Assembly: GCF_963921235.1 (NCBI RefSeq)
Contig: NC_086107.1
Span: 103,852,001-103,916,000, forward strand
Source of the DNA: Mobula hypostoma
Lineage: Eukaryota
DNA: 64,000 bases
Reading direction: 5' to 3'
Below, in pieces: positions 36,283 through 48,185 of the stretch. The notes beneath the pieces are model-generated. The model did not search any database and had not been told where the DNA came from. It saw only the letters and a list, made by a program, of their open reading frames with translations. Position numbers and translations under genes: made by a program. Each line of letters begins with the position of its first letter. Positions within the stretch are counted from its first letter, which is position 1.

Positions 36283-36748
36283 CTTCTTCTTCTTCTTGCG
36301 CCCTTAACTCCTGGTGGAGTCGTCGGGGTGCCGTCATGACCAGCTTTGCACCAGTTTGATGTGCTCATCGTGCGGCGTGTCTTGGGCATCTGAAACCTGG
36401 CGGAGCCCATCCCTCTCCAGGTTTGACCGCAGCCAATTTCCTCCAACTAGGTCGCTCGCCTCCGTCGCGAACACGTGGCCGTTATAGTTCATCTGAGAAC
36501 CTTTCCGCCCCGGCCGGTGACTTCACCATGGAAGTCTTTCGCCCAGTGGTGCCGTGTTAACACCACCCCCTCACATGGTTTAGCCCGCCAGCTGTCGCGG
36601 TTTACCGGGGTATGGCGTTTGGGGCCAACACGTGAGAGATTTAGGAGATGGATGAGGACCAGTGATGCCCGTCCACCCTATCTAGTAGGGAGCAGCATGC
36701 CAGACATCAAAGGTACTACCTCTATCCAGAGCCCCCTATACCCTACCT
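36283..36748 (-). mobile_element. Non-autonomous retroposon with (GAA)n tail
   Basis: GC-rich and non-coding; inserted in a Rex1 tail with TGAA(G/C)ACT duplicated; tail block shared with the 32956 SINE. Confidence 0.6.
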
Positions 36749-36772
36749 GAACACTACCTATTTTCCTCTATT

Positions 36773-37215
36773 TTATACTTTATACTTTATTATCGCCAAA
36801 CAATTGGTGCTAGAACGTACAATCATCACAGCGATATTTGATTCTGCGCTTCCCACTCCCTGGATTACAAATATTAAATATTATAAATAGTTAAAATTAG
36901 TACATATTAAAAATTTAAATTATAAATCATAAATAGAAAATAGAAAAATGGGAAGTAAGGTAGTGCAAAAAAAACCGAGAGGCAGGTCCGGATATTTGGA
37001 GGGTACGGCCCAGATCCGGGTCAGGAGCCGTTTAGCAGTCTTATCACAGTTGGAAAGAAGCTGTTCCTAAATCTGGCCGTACGAGTCTTCAAGCTCCTGA
37101 CCCTTCTCCCGGAGGGAAGAGGGACGAAAAGTCTGTTGGCTGGGTGGGTCGTGTCCTTGATTATCCTGGCAGCACTGCTCCGACAGCGTGCGGTGTAAAG
37201 TGAGTCCACGGACGG
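36773..37215 (-). mobile_element. Young Rex1 3' end
   Basis: AARIIKDTTHPANRLFVPLPSGRRVRS peptide; closely matches 27378-27790. Confidence 0.85.
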
Positions 37216-38034
37216 CACTACCTTTAAAAAAAGCACTACTTTTTTAAATTTCTTGTTGTAACTTAGAGTAACATTTTATGCGTTGCACTGTACTGCTGCT
37301 ACAAAACAACACATTTCGTGACATGCAGTATGCCAGAGATGACAAGCCTCATTCTGACATCCTCCCCGAGAGCGAATTTTATCAAAGTACGCCCAGTTTT
37401 TACAGGGAAGAGAAGAGGTGGTTTCCCCCGACGTGGCAATCTCAGGGTCAAGATTATCGTCACACAACAGACAGACATACACCATTATCAATGCCCTGAT
37501 AACGAGCTTTTCATAGCAGCAGTACAATACATGACAAATGCCGGTTTAAATTCTAGATTCAAGATTATTTAATGTCATTTCCAGTACACAAGTGTAAAGG
37601 AGCATAGAATAATCGTCACTCCGGATCTGATGCGGCACACAAAAAAACAGAAGATAAAGAACACAATAATAATAAACATGAAAAATAAATATAAATATAT
37701 AAGATAGCTTATATAAATAGATTGATTGTATGTTCATAGGGTGACGCTAGGCTGCACATTGGGTGACTGAAAGGAAATAATAAAGTAGTGGTGGAATTAG
37801 TGGGTGGAAATGTTAATCAGTCTTACTGCTCGGGGAAAATAACTAATTTTGAATCTGGTGGTTCTGGTCTGGATTTTTTAAAAAAATTTTATTTATCGAG
37901 ATACAGCATGGAATAGGCCCTTCTGGACTCTCGAGTCACACCTAATTACGGGACAATTTACAATGACCAGTTATGCTGGGTGGCCTCCTCTCTGATGGGA
38001 GTGGGACAAACAGTCCGTGGGCAGAGTGGGTGTC

Positions 38035-39097
38035 AATAGACAATAGGTGCAGGAGTAGGCCATTCAGCCCTTCGAGCCAGCACCACCATTCACTGTGATC
38101 ATGGCTGATCTTCCACAATCAGTACCCTTTTCCTGCCTTCTCCCCATATCCCTTCACTCCGCTATCTTTAAGAGCTCTATCTAACTCTTTCTTGAAAGAA
38201 TCCAGAGAATTGGCCTCCACTGTCTTCTGAGGCAGAGCATTCCACAGATCCACAACCCTCTGTGTGAAAAAGTTTTTCCTCAACTCCATTCTAAATGGTC
38301 TTCCCCTTATTCTTAAACTGTGGCCTCTGGTTCTGGACTCCCCCAACATCGGGAACATGTTTCCTGCCTCTAGCGTGTCCAATCCCTTAATAATCTTATA
38401 TGTTTCAATCAGATCCCCTCTCATCCTTCTAAATTCCAGTGTACACAAGCCCAGTCACTCCAATCTTTCAACATATGACAGTCCCGCCATCCCAGGAATT
38501 AACCTCGTGAACCTACACTGCACTCCCTCAATAGCTAGAAAGTCCTTTCTCAAATTTGGAGACCAAAACTGCACACAATACTCCAGGTGTGGTCTCACCA
38601 AGGCCTTGTACAACTGCAGAAGGACCTCTTTGCTCCTATACTCAACTCCCCTTGTTATGAAGGCCAGCATGCCATTAGCTTTCTTCACTGCCTGCTGTAC
38701 CTGCATGCTTGCTTTCAGTGACTAATGAACAAGGACACCCAGATCTCATTGTACTTCCCCTTTTCCTAACTTACCACCATTCAGATAGTAATCTGCCTTC
38801 CTGTTCTTGCCACCAAAGTGGATAACCTCACATTTATCCACATTAAACTGCATCTGCCCACTCAACCAACCTGTCCAAGTCACCCTGCATTCTCATAACA
38901 TCCTCCTCACATTTTACACTGCCACCCAGCTTTGTGTCATCTGTAAATTTGCTAATGTTACTTTTAATCCCTTCATCTAAATCATTAATGCATATTGTAA
39001 ATAGCTGCGGTCCCAGCACCGAGCCTTGTGGCACCCCACTAGTCACTGCCTGACATTCTGAAAAAGACCCATTAATCCCTACTCTTTGTTTCCTGTG
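38035..39097 (-). mobile_element. Young CR1 (HER1-like) 3' part
   Basis: SGVPQGSVLGPQLF, KFTDDTKLGG and LYKALVRPHLEYCVQFWSP peptides; (TCTATTG)-type tail. Confidence 0.92.
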
Positions 39098-39713
39098 CAA
39101 ACATGAGGAATTCTGCAGATGCTGGAAATTCAAGTAACACACATCAAAGTTGCTGGTGAACGCAGCAGGCCAGGCAGCATCTCTAGGAAGAGGTACAGTC
39201 GACGTTTCAGGCCGAGACCCTTTGTCAGGACTAACTGAAGGAAGAGCTAGTAAGAGATTTGAAAGGGGGAGGGGGAGGGGGAGATCCAAAATGATAGGAG
39301 AAGACAGGAGGGGGAGGGATGGAGCCAAGAGCTGGCCCAGTGGCCACACATTTTAATTCCACATCCCATTCCCATTCTGATATGTCTATCCACGGCCTGC
39401 TCTACTGTAAAGATGAAGCCACACTCAGGTTGGAGGAACAACACCTTATCTTCTGTCTGGGTAGCCTCCAACCTGATGGCATGAACATTGACTTCTCTAA
39501 CTTCCGCTAATGCCCCACCTCCCCCTCATACCCTATCTGTTATTTATTTATATACACACATTCTTTCTCTCTCTCTCCTTTTTCTCCCTCTGTCCTTCTC
39601 ACTGTACCCCTTGCCCATCCTCTGGGCTCCCCCCTCCCCCTTTCCTTCTCCCTGGGCCTCCTGTCCCATGATCCTCTCATTATCCCTTTTGCCAATCAAC
39701 CGTCCAGCTCTTG
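39098..39713. mobile_element. Penelope-like insertion with 5' inversion
   Basis: 39098-39336 is the reversed pseudo-LTR; 39337-39713 is forward PVATHFNSTSHSHSDMSIHGLLYC...; both pieces break at CCAGCTC(TTG). Confidence 0.85.
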
Positions 39714-39714
39714 T

Positions 39715-40126
39715 TGAAAGTCCCATCATCTCACGCAGACGGTGAACCTCCAGCGCCGCAAACTTGCCGATGCAGCATCCCGGAAGCATCCGACCACAGT
39801 CCGACTCCGAGTCCGTCCAAAAACTCCGAGCCTCCGACTAGCTCTCCAACACCGAGCACCGAGCACCATCTCTGCCGAACGCTTCGACCCCGGCCCCGGC
39901 AACAGGCAATAGGCAAAGCCGAGGATTTGGGGCCTTCCCCTCCGGAGATTCTCGATCGCACAGTAGCAGTGGCAGCGAAGCGGGCATTTCAGAAGTTTCT
40001 CCAGATGTTCCTCCGTGCTTCTCACGGCTGTCTGCATCAAATCCGGATTGTGCACGGCATCCTACTTCACAGATACGATATCATTCGGTACGACCGCGCG
40101 TGCTGCGTCGCGCTGCCATCTTCTCC
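39715..40126 (-). mobile_element. Partial copy (5' part) of the ~650-bp retroposon
   Basis: Ends GCTGCCATCTTCTCC on the plus strand; closely matches 40807-41242. Confidence 0.85.
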
Positions 40127-40573
40127 GCCATACCCATCATCCTTGTGCCTATCTAAGAGTTTCTTAGCTATCCCTAAAGTATCTGCCTGTACCACCACCC
40201 CTGGGAGGGCATTCCATGAACCCACCACTCTCTCTGTAAAATCTTACCTCTGACATCCCCCTGTACATTCCTCCAATCACCTTCATGAACACTACCTTAA
40301 TACTTTCTTAAAATTTCTATTTCTGTGCCACTTATTTTAACTTAACTATTTAATATGCACATACATAATTACTGTGATTCAATTTCTTTTCTATATTTAT
40401 CACGTAGTGCTGCCGCGGAGTTAACAAATTTCATGACATATGCTGGCAATATTAAACCTGATTCTGACCTTAAAATTAAGCCCCCTTTCCTCCCTGGGAA
40501 AAAGTCTCTGGCTGTCCACTTGATCTATTCCTCTCCTCATCATGTACATCTCTATCAAGTCACCTTTTTTTTC

Positions 40574-41242
40574 AGATTAGATTATGAGGACACGCAGTCC
40601 TCTTTTATTGTCATTTAGTAATGCATGCATTAAAAAAAGATACAACGTTCCTCCAGAATGATATCACAGAAACACAAGACAAACCAAGACTGAAAAACTG
40701 ACAAAAAACACATAATTATAACGTATAGTTACAACAGTGCAAAGCAATACCATAATTTGATAAAGAACAGACCATGGGCACGGTAAAAAAAAGTCTCAAA
40801 GTCTCTCGAAAGTCCCATCATCTCACGCAGACGGTAGAAGGAAGAAAAACTCTCCCTGCCATGAGCTTCCAGCGCCGCAAACTTGCCGATGCAGCACCCT
40901 GGAAACACCCAACCACAGCCGACTCTTGAGTCCGCCCGAAAACTTCGAGCCTCCGACCAGCCCTCCGACACCGAGCACCGAGCACCATCTCTGCCGAGCG
41001 CTTCGACCCCGGCCCCGGCAACAGGCAATAGGCAAAGCCGAGGATTTGGGGCCTTCCCCTCCGGAGATTCTCGATCGCACAGTAGCAACGGCAGCGAAGC
41101 GGGCATTTCAGAAGTTTCTCCAGATGTTCCTCCGTGCTTCTCACGGCTGTCTCCATCAAATCCGGATTGTGCACACTACCGATTTAACAAATACGATATC
41201 ATTTCGTAGCAGCCGCATGCGCTGCGTCGTGCCACCATCTCC
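40574..41242 (-). mobile_element. Full-length ~650-bp retroposon
   Basis: AGATTAGATTATGAGGAC tail to GCCACCATCTCC head; interrupts a CR1 remnant. Confidence 0.88.
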
Positions 41243-41650
41243 TTTCAACCTCCTTTGTTCCAAAGAAAAAAAGCCCTAGCTCGCTCAACCTATCCTCATA
41301 AGACATGCTCTCTAATCCAGGCAGAATCCTGGTAAATCTCCCCTGCACTCTCTCTAAAGTTTCCTTATCCTTTTGATAAAGAGGCGAACAGAATTGTGTG
41401 GTCCATAGGGTTTTATAGAGCTGCATCTGTGCTTTGTGGCTCTTGAACTCAATCCCCTGGCTAATGAAGACCAACCCCCCATATACCTTCGTGGCAATTT
41501 TGAGGGATCTATGGACGTTGACCCCAGTGTCCCTTTGTTCCTCCACACTGCTAAGTATTCTACCATTAACCCTGTATTCTGCCTTCAAATTCAACCTTCC
41601 AAAGTGCATCACTTTGCACATCTCTGGGTTGAACGCCATCTGCCGCTTCT
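41243..41650 (-). mobile_element. CR1 fragment
   Basis: MAFNPEMCKVMHFGR and LERVQGRFTRILPGL peptides. Confidence 0.8.
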
Positions 41651-41809
41651 CAAGCTTCTGGAGTGTTCAACTCAGAATCCAGGTGAGCGAAGAAATGATC
41701 AGCGGGAAAGGCAGCCACTGCAGAGAGAGCAGGGGGTCAACACTGAAGGTTCAGAGTCTCATCTTGAAGGAATGATTTAGAGAATTCCTGCATTCAATCA
41801 ACGGATTCA

Positions 41810-41844
41810 CACCGCCCTCTGCTGGCGAGAGGAGCAAACTGCAG
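41810..41844 (-). promoter_or_regulatory. Candidate CTCF site with upstream motif
   Basis: Minus strand CTGCAG-N13-CCAGCAGAGGGCGGTG in unique sequence. Confidence 0.6.
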
Positions 41845-42094
41845 CAATATGCAATTACAGTCGTATTCATGCTCAGAATCAGGTTGTTTATCACCGATTT
41901 ATATCGTGAAATTTGTTGTTTTTGCTCCAGAAGTACAGTGAAAGGATATAAAAATCACTATAAATTTAAAAAATAAATAAATAGTGCAAAAAAAAAAGGA
42001 ATAACAAGGTTGTGTTCATGGGTTCATGGACAGTTCAGAAATCTGATGGCAGAGGAGAAGAAGCTGTTTTAAATTGCTGAGAGCACAAACTGAT

Positions 42095-42480
42095 GGGGCA
42101 GCGACGCGACCCGCTGTCGCTGATCTGGGTACATGGAGATCAAGAAGGACACCACTTTAACCAGGACCCCGCAAAGGTTCTGACGCAGGCAAACACAAAG
42201 CAGGCACACAAGTTTTTAGAAGCGTGGCTCTCTTCTGAAAACCCTGCAGTCAAGGGCATTGAGACAGACTCCACCTATGAGCCCTGAAAGCCAAAGAAAC
42301 GTGAACCAATGAAATTCAAAGGTCAGCTGAAGAGTTAACCAATCAGGACCGAGGCTAGTGGACGGGGGGCCTGTACGAACATGAACGCTCCCTGACAGAA
42401 ACACCAATAACTGCCCACTGAAGATGTCACCTCGACTTCTGAAGAAACGTCTGCAAGCTCATTGCCAATTTCGGCGAACG
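42095..42480 (+). mobile_element. Second Penelope-like family: endonuclease C-terminus + 3' repeat with decayed HHR
   Basis: RRDPLSLIWVHGDQEGHHF...QANTKQAHKFLEAWLS...IETDSTYEP; CTGAAGA at 42418 and GAAACGTC at 42444. Confidence 0.7.
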
Positions 42481-43339
42481 CTGCACCATCAAATTGGTGA
42501 GGGTCTTCAGGCTGCTGTAACTTCTCCCCAACAGTGGTCATGAGAAGAAGATGATAGACGCTAACTTCTTGAGACACTGACTCATAGAGACATTTTGAAC
42601 TGGGGAAGGTTTTGCCAGAGATTGAGCTGGCTGAGTGTAGAACCCTGCGCAGCCTCTTGAATTGACTTTGTTACTTACATCCTTCATATACATGAGGAGT
42701 AAATATTTTTATGTTATGTCTCGTCTAAATGCGCAATGTGCAATTTATAGTAATTTATAATAAACAGTTGTGTTGATGTGCGTTGAAGTCTCTGTAATTG
42801 GCCATGATGCAACTAGTTTGAGTGCTTTTCATGATACATCTATAGAATTTTAGAGGGTCTTTTCTGATAAATGTTGACTGTTTATTTCCCTCCTTTGATG
42901 CTGCCACCTTGCTGAGTTCCTTCAGCGCTTTGTGTGCGTTGCTCAGGGTTTCCAGCATCTGCAGAACCTCGTGTGTCTCTGTGTTACGGGGATCAGGGCC
43001 TCATCACGGACGGGCAGTTTGCTAAAACTTCCTCATGTTGCTATTTGTCCCGGTCACCCTCTCCCACCTCAGCTCCTTGTTTCTGCACATGGAGAAGGCG
43101 CTCTTCCCATTCATTGACATCTACACGTCCTACATTTTAACTGCCTGGTCTTTGCCTCTTTATTCACGCCAAACATTTCTAATGAACTGCTCAACCAATC
43201 TGCCACGTCCATATATGGTCCTTCGTCCTCAGGTCCCTTGGTATGGCCCTCATCTCTTCCACTTGAATGGATGCGGTGGAGACCTTCGCCCATTCTGGAT
43301 GGGGCTGGACTCCAAAAAAACAGTACCAGGCTCTGACCT

Positions 43340-43378
43340 TAAACGCAAGAGATCCTGCAGACGCTGGAAATCCGGAGC

Positions 43379-43412
<34 letters not shown>

Positions 43413-44280
43413 ACTGGAGGAACTCAGCCGGTCGGGCAACATCTATGGTGGGGAATCAACAGCTGATTGCTCCCAGCGCAGCCTCCTCCACATCGGTGAG
43501 ACCGACATAGATCGAGGGACCGCCTTGCTGAGCACCTTCGCTCCGTCCACAGCAGGTGGGATTTCCAGGTGGCTGGTCATTTTAATTCCACTCCTCATTC
43601 CCATTCCGATATGTCAATTCCGTGGCCTCCTCTACTGCCACGATGAACATTCTCTGGTTGGAGAAGCAACACCTTATATTCTGCCCAGGTAGCCTCCAAC
43701 CTGAGGGAGGTGAGAGGCAGGTGAGGAGAAGTGAAGGGGTAGGAGGGGAGCCAGAATGGGGAATGGAAAAAGAGAGAAGGGGGAAGGTGAGAAATTACCA
43801 GAAGTTATCAATTCCTCTAACTTCCATTAATTTCTCTACCCTTCCCCATCTCCCTTTTCCCATTCCTCATTCTGGCTCCTCTCCTATCCCTTCTCTTTTC
43901 CTCACCTGCCTCTCACCTCCCTCTGGTGCCCCTCCTCCTTCCCTTTCCCCCATGGTCCCCTCTCCTCTCCTATCAAATTCTTTTTTCTCAACCCATTACC
44001 CTTTCCACCCATCAGCTCCCACCTTCTAGCTTCATCCCCGCCCCCCAACCCTTCCAACCGCCTTCCCTCTCGCCTGGTGTCACCTATTACTTTCCAGCTT
44101 GAGCACGCTTTCTCCTCGCCACTTTATTCCAGCTTCTTCCCCCTTCCTTTCCAGTCCCTGATGAAGGGTACCAACCCGAAACATTGACTCTTTAGTCCTT
44201 TCCACAGATGCTGCCTGACCCGCCAAGTTCCTCCGGCATTTTGTTGCTTCAGGTTCCAGCATCCACAGCCTCTCGCGTCT
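43340..44280. mobile_element. Rearranged Penelope-like element with alternating orientations
   Basis: Reverse pseudo-LTR 43340-43465, forward CSQRSLLHIGET..., reverse 43705-43810, then forward UTR with HHR-like motif ~44152-44189. Confidence 0.75.
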
Positions 44281-44341
44281 CCACGTGTCCATGATCTGTG
44301 TAAACAGTAATCATCTGTCATTGAGACAATGTCACAGATGT

Positions 44342-46725
44342 AAATTTATTATCAAGGTGCATATATGTCATCGTATACAACCCTGAGCTTCATTTTCTTG
44401 TGGGCATACTCAATAAATCCACAATAGGGGAGGGAACGTTGACTCAGACCATGAGAGGCCTGCGTCAGGCATTTCCATGCCTTACAAGATGCAGGTTGGA
44501 AATCTGTGAACCATAACAGAATCAACGAAAGACTGCACCAACTTGGCCTTTCAACCGGTACGCAAAAGTCAACAAAGTGTGCAAATACAAAAACAAAGGA
44601 TTAATAATTAATTAATTAATAAATAAGGAGTAAGTATTGAAAACATGAGATGGAGAGTCCTTGAAAATGACTCCATAGGTTGTGGGAACAGTTCAGTGAT
44701 GGGGCAAGTGAAGTTGAGTGAAGTTATCTCTATTGATTCAACAGCCTGATGGTTGAGGGGTAATAACTGTTGCTGAACCTGGTGGTGTGAGTCCTGAGGC
44801 TCCTGTACCTCCTTCCTGATGGTAGCAGCGAGAAGAGAACATGTCCTGGGTGGCGGGGGTCCCTGATGATGGATGCTGCTTTCCTGCAGCAATGCTCTGT
44901 GTAGATATGCTCAATGGCGGGGAGGTCTTTACCTGTGATGGACTGGGCTGTTTCCGCTACTTTTTGTAGCATTTTCCGTTCAAAGGGCATTGATGTTTCC
45001 ATACCAGGCTAGGATGCAACCAGTCAATGACCTCTCCACCACACATCTATAAATGTTTGTCAGAGTTTCAGATGTTGTGCCAAATCTTTGCAAACTCCTA
45101 AAGATGTAGAGGCACTGCTGTGCTTTTTCACAATTGCACTTACCTACCGCAGGACAGATCCTCTGAGATCATAACACTGAGGAATTTACAGTTGCTGACC
45201 CTGTCCTCTTCTGACCACCCCCCACCCCTACCCGGAATGACGACTGGCTCATGGACCTCTGGTTTCCTCCTCCTGAAGTCAATAATCAGCTCCTTGGCCT
45301 TGCTGACATTGAGTGGGAGGTGGTTGTTGTGACACCATTCAACCAGATTTTTCATCTCTCTCCTATACGCTGATTTGTCACCTCCTGTAATTTAGCCAAC
45401 AGCAGTGGTGTCGTCAGCAAACTTGAATGTGGCATTGGAGCTGTGCTTAGCCACACAGTCATCGTGTAAAGTGAGTAGAGCAGGGGACTAAACACACCAC
45501 CTGTGAAGCTGTGTTGATAGAGATTGGGAGGAGATGTTGTTCCCAATTTGAACTGACTGGGGTCTGCAAGTGAGGAAATCGAGGATCCAATTGCACAAGG
45601 AGGTACTGAGCCCAAGGTCTTGAAGCTTATTGATCAGTTTTGAGGGGATGATGGCATTGAATGCCAAGCTGTGGTTGATAAAGAGCATCCTGAGGTATGC
45701 ATCTTCGCTGCGCAGATGTTCCAGGGTTGAATGAAGAGCCAGTGGGATGGCATCGGCTGTGGATCTGTTGCTCCAGTCAAACTGAAGTGGATCCAAGTCA
45801 CTCCTCAGGCAGGAGTTGATATGTTTCATCATCAACCCTCAATGGTCATTGAGACAGATTACCATGCTCTTCCTAGGCACAGTGTCAAGTGAAGGCTGCC
45901 TGAAACAGGTAGGCACCCCAGATGGCCAAAGTGAGAAGTTAAAGATCTCAGAGAGCACTCCGGCCAGCAGATCAGCACCAGGTACCCCATCTGGGCGAGA
46001 TGCTTTTCATGGGTTCACCCTCCTGTAGGCTGCTCACAAGTCAGCTTCAGTGACTGAAGTCACAGGATCCTCGGGAGTTCGTGATGACTCCTCCGTGTCA
46101 TGACGGTCAAAGCGAGCGTTGAGCTCATCTGGAAGCAAAACCCTGGTGCTGCCTATCTTGCTTGATTTTACTTTATAAGAGGTGATAGCATTCAAACCCT
46201 GCCACAACTGTTGAGCATCCTTTGTTGATTCTACTTTGGACCAGATTTGCCACTTCGCCCATGAGGTGGCTTTCCGGAGATTGTACTTGGACCTCTTGTA
46301 ACTCTCGGTCACCGGACTTGAATGCCTCTGACCCAGCCCTCAGCAGACTGGAGATGTCATGGTTCATCCAGGACTTCTGGTTGAGGAAGACTCTGAATGA
46401 TTTTGTGGAGACACACCTGTCAATGACTGTTTTAATAAAGTCTGTGACAGCCACGGTGTATTTATTCAGATCTACAGATGAGGGCTTGAACACGGCCCAG
46501 TCCACCGACTAGAGGCACTCCTCTGCCTCCTGTGACCACCTTTTTTTGTTGTCCTAATCTCTGGAACTTTGCTCTTTAGCCTCTGTGCGTAGACAGGTAT
46601 GAGAAAGACAGCCAAGTGATCAGATTTACCAAAATATGGTCTGGGCATATAACAGTGGGCATTCCTTAGCTTTGCATAACAGTGGTCGAATATGTTGGGA
46701 CCCCTGCTACAGGTTATATACTGAT
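44342..46725 (-). mobile_element. Long decayed Rex1/Babar LINE (endonuclease C-terminus to 3' end)
   Basis: RGPNIFDHCY...FGKSDHLAVFLIP, DLDPLQF, LNVSKAKELIIDFRR and HPGHVLFSLLPSGRRYRS peptides. Confidence 0.9.
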
Positions 46726-47052
46726 GGTAATTGGGAAAGAATTCTTCCACTTCTACCAGATTCTTTCATCTCCAGCCCTTTACCTTATCACCTCTCATCA
46801 CACTTCATCCTACCCTCCCTCTCCCACCCAACTTCCGCCTCACCTGGTTTCACCTATCACCTTACAGCTTGTGGTTCTTTCTTTCTCCTCTCCATTTTAT
46901 ACCAGCTTCTTCTCCCTTCTTTTCCAGTCCTGATGGATGGTCTCAGCCCAATATGTCAACCCTTTATTCCTTTCCACAGATGCTGCCTGACCTGCTGAGT
47001 TCCTCCAGCATTTTGTTGCTCCAGATTCCAGCATCCTCAGCCTCATGTGTTT
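46726..47052 (+). mobile_element. Old PLE pseudo-LTR
   Basis: Pyrimidine UTR, decayed HHR ~46925-46960, and CAGATGCTGCCTGACCTGCTGAGTTCCTCCAGC. Confidence 0.75.
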
Positions 47053-48185
47053 CCACATGTTCATGATCTGTGTAAGCAGATGTTGGAATCCACTGTTTTT
47101 TTAATAATACTTTTTTTTATAAGATTTATACTCACTGGCAGAAAGCAATATAGCAGCTAAACTAACGGTCTATGACCTTTCTCATTTTTCATTGACTAAA
47201 TATTAGCAGATTACCCATGTGATGTAATTGTTTTTAGCCTATTAACTAGTTTATCTCCATCTAGGAATTTCTCTTATCTTGTCTATAAAAGTGAGTAATT
47301 TTTCAGATGCACCATCTTTATTCTTTTGTCTTACTTGGCATTAATTCCCCTCTTAGCATCGTTTCTCAGCTCTTTATTTAGCTTCCTTAGTATTTGCACA
47401 TTTGTTTGTACTCTAAAATAAATGGAAATCATGGAATGAAGACTACTTGTCATTCCTGACTCCCAGAAGAAACCTAGTGATCAGAAAATAAACAGAGATC
47501 CAATACAGCAATCATCTGTCACTGAGACGATGGCAACCCTTGTTGTCACAGCTGCACACTCTGGTTAACAGCAAGGTAGAGATTAATGTACCATCCAGGC
47601 ATCCAAAGGACTTTAAAAGGCTACTCAAAGACCAATCGTCCATTGGCGTGGAGAGCTAACTGATAAACCTAGATGAAGTCATTGATCTTCCAAATGTATG
47701 TCATCAAGGAACAACTTTATTCACCATATACATTTACATGTATTAGGAATTTGCTGTGGTGTGTTGGCATGACATGCATCAAAAATCAACATTCAACAAT
47801 TATAAAGAATAAAGAATTACATAAAAATCTCATTTTTTCATAAGAAAACATTGTTGACCCCCCCCCCACACACATCATTCACACTTCATTATGTAATATT
47901 TTGCAAAGAATAAACTAGACAATAGGACCACATTCTTCATTGACAATGGCCCTGGATATCCAATGATCATAGAGAGATGCTGACAACATTACGGTAGCAT
48001 TTTATGTTAATTCGAGTTTGTGTTAACCTATACTTTAAATGTACTGTGCTGATGCTGCTGCAAAAAGCTCACCTTTGTGGCATTTATACCCTGGGTACGG
48101 ATGTCAATGACAGTAAACTTGGATTCTTTTTATCGCTTAGCAACCCTTCATTGGTACAACCTATGAAACAGGGTGCTATCACTAC

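Noticed and set aside
39711..41279. Recurrent 100-180 aa ORFs shared among several loci
   Set aside because: They arise from the GC-rich 650-bp repeat; frames are not consistently preserved and show no domain.
43035..43466. 143-aa ORF in partly unique sequence
   Set aside because: Runs into a PLE and CA repeat; no clear donor or homology. An exon here is not excluded.
47335..47412. 78-nt minus-strand exon-like segment with good splice sites and one open frame
   Set aside because: Lies next to the fossil Tigger-like sequence and may derive from it; neighbouring candidate exons are out of phase.
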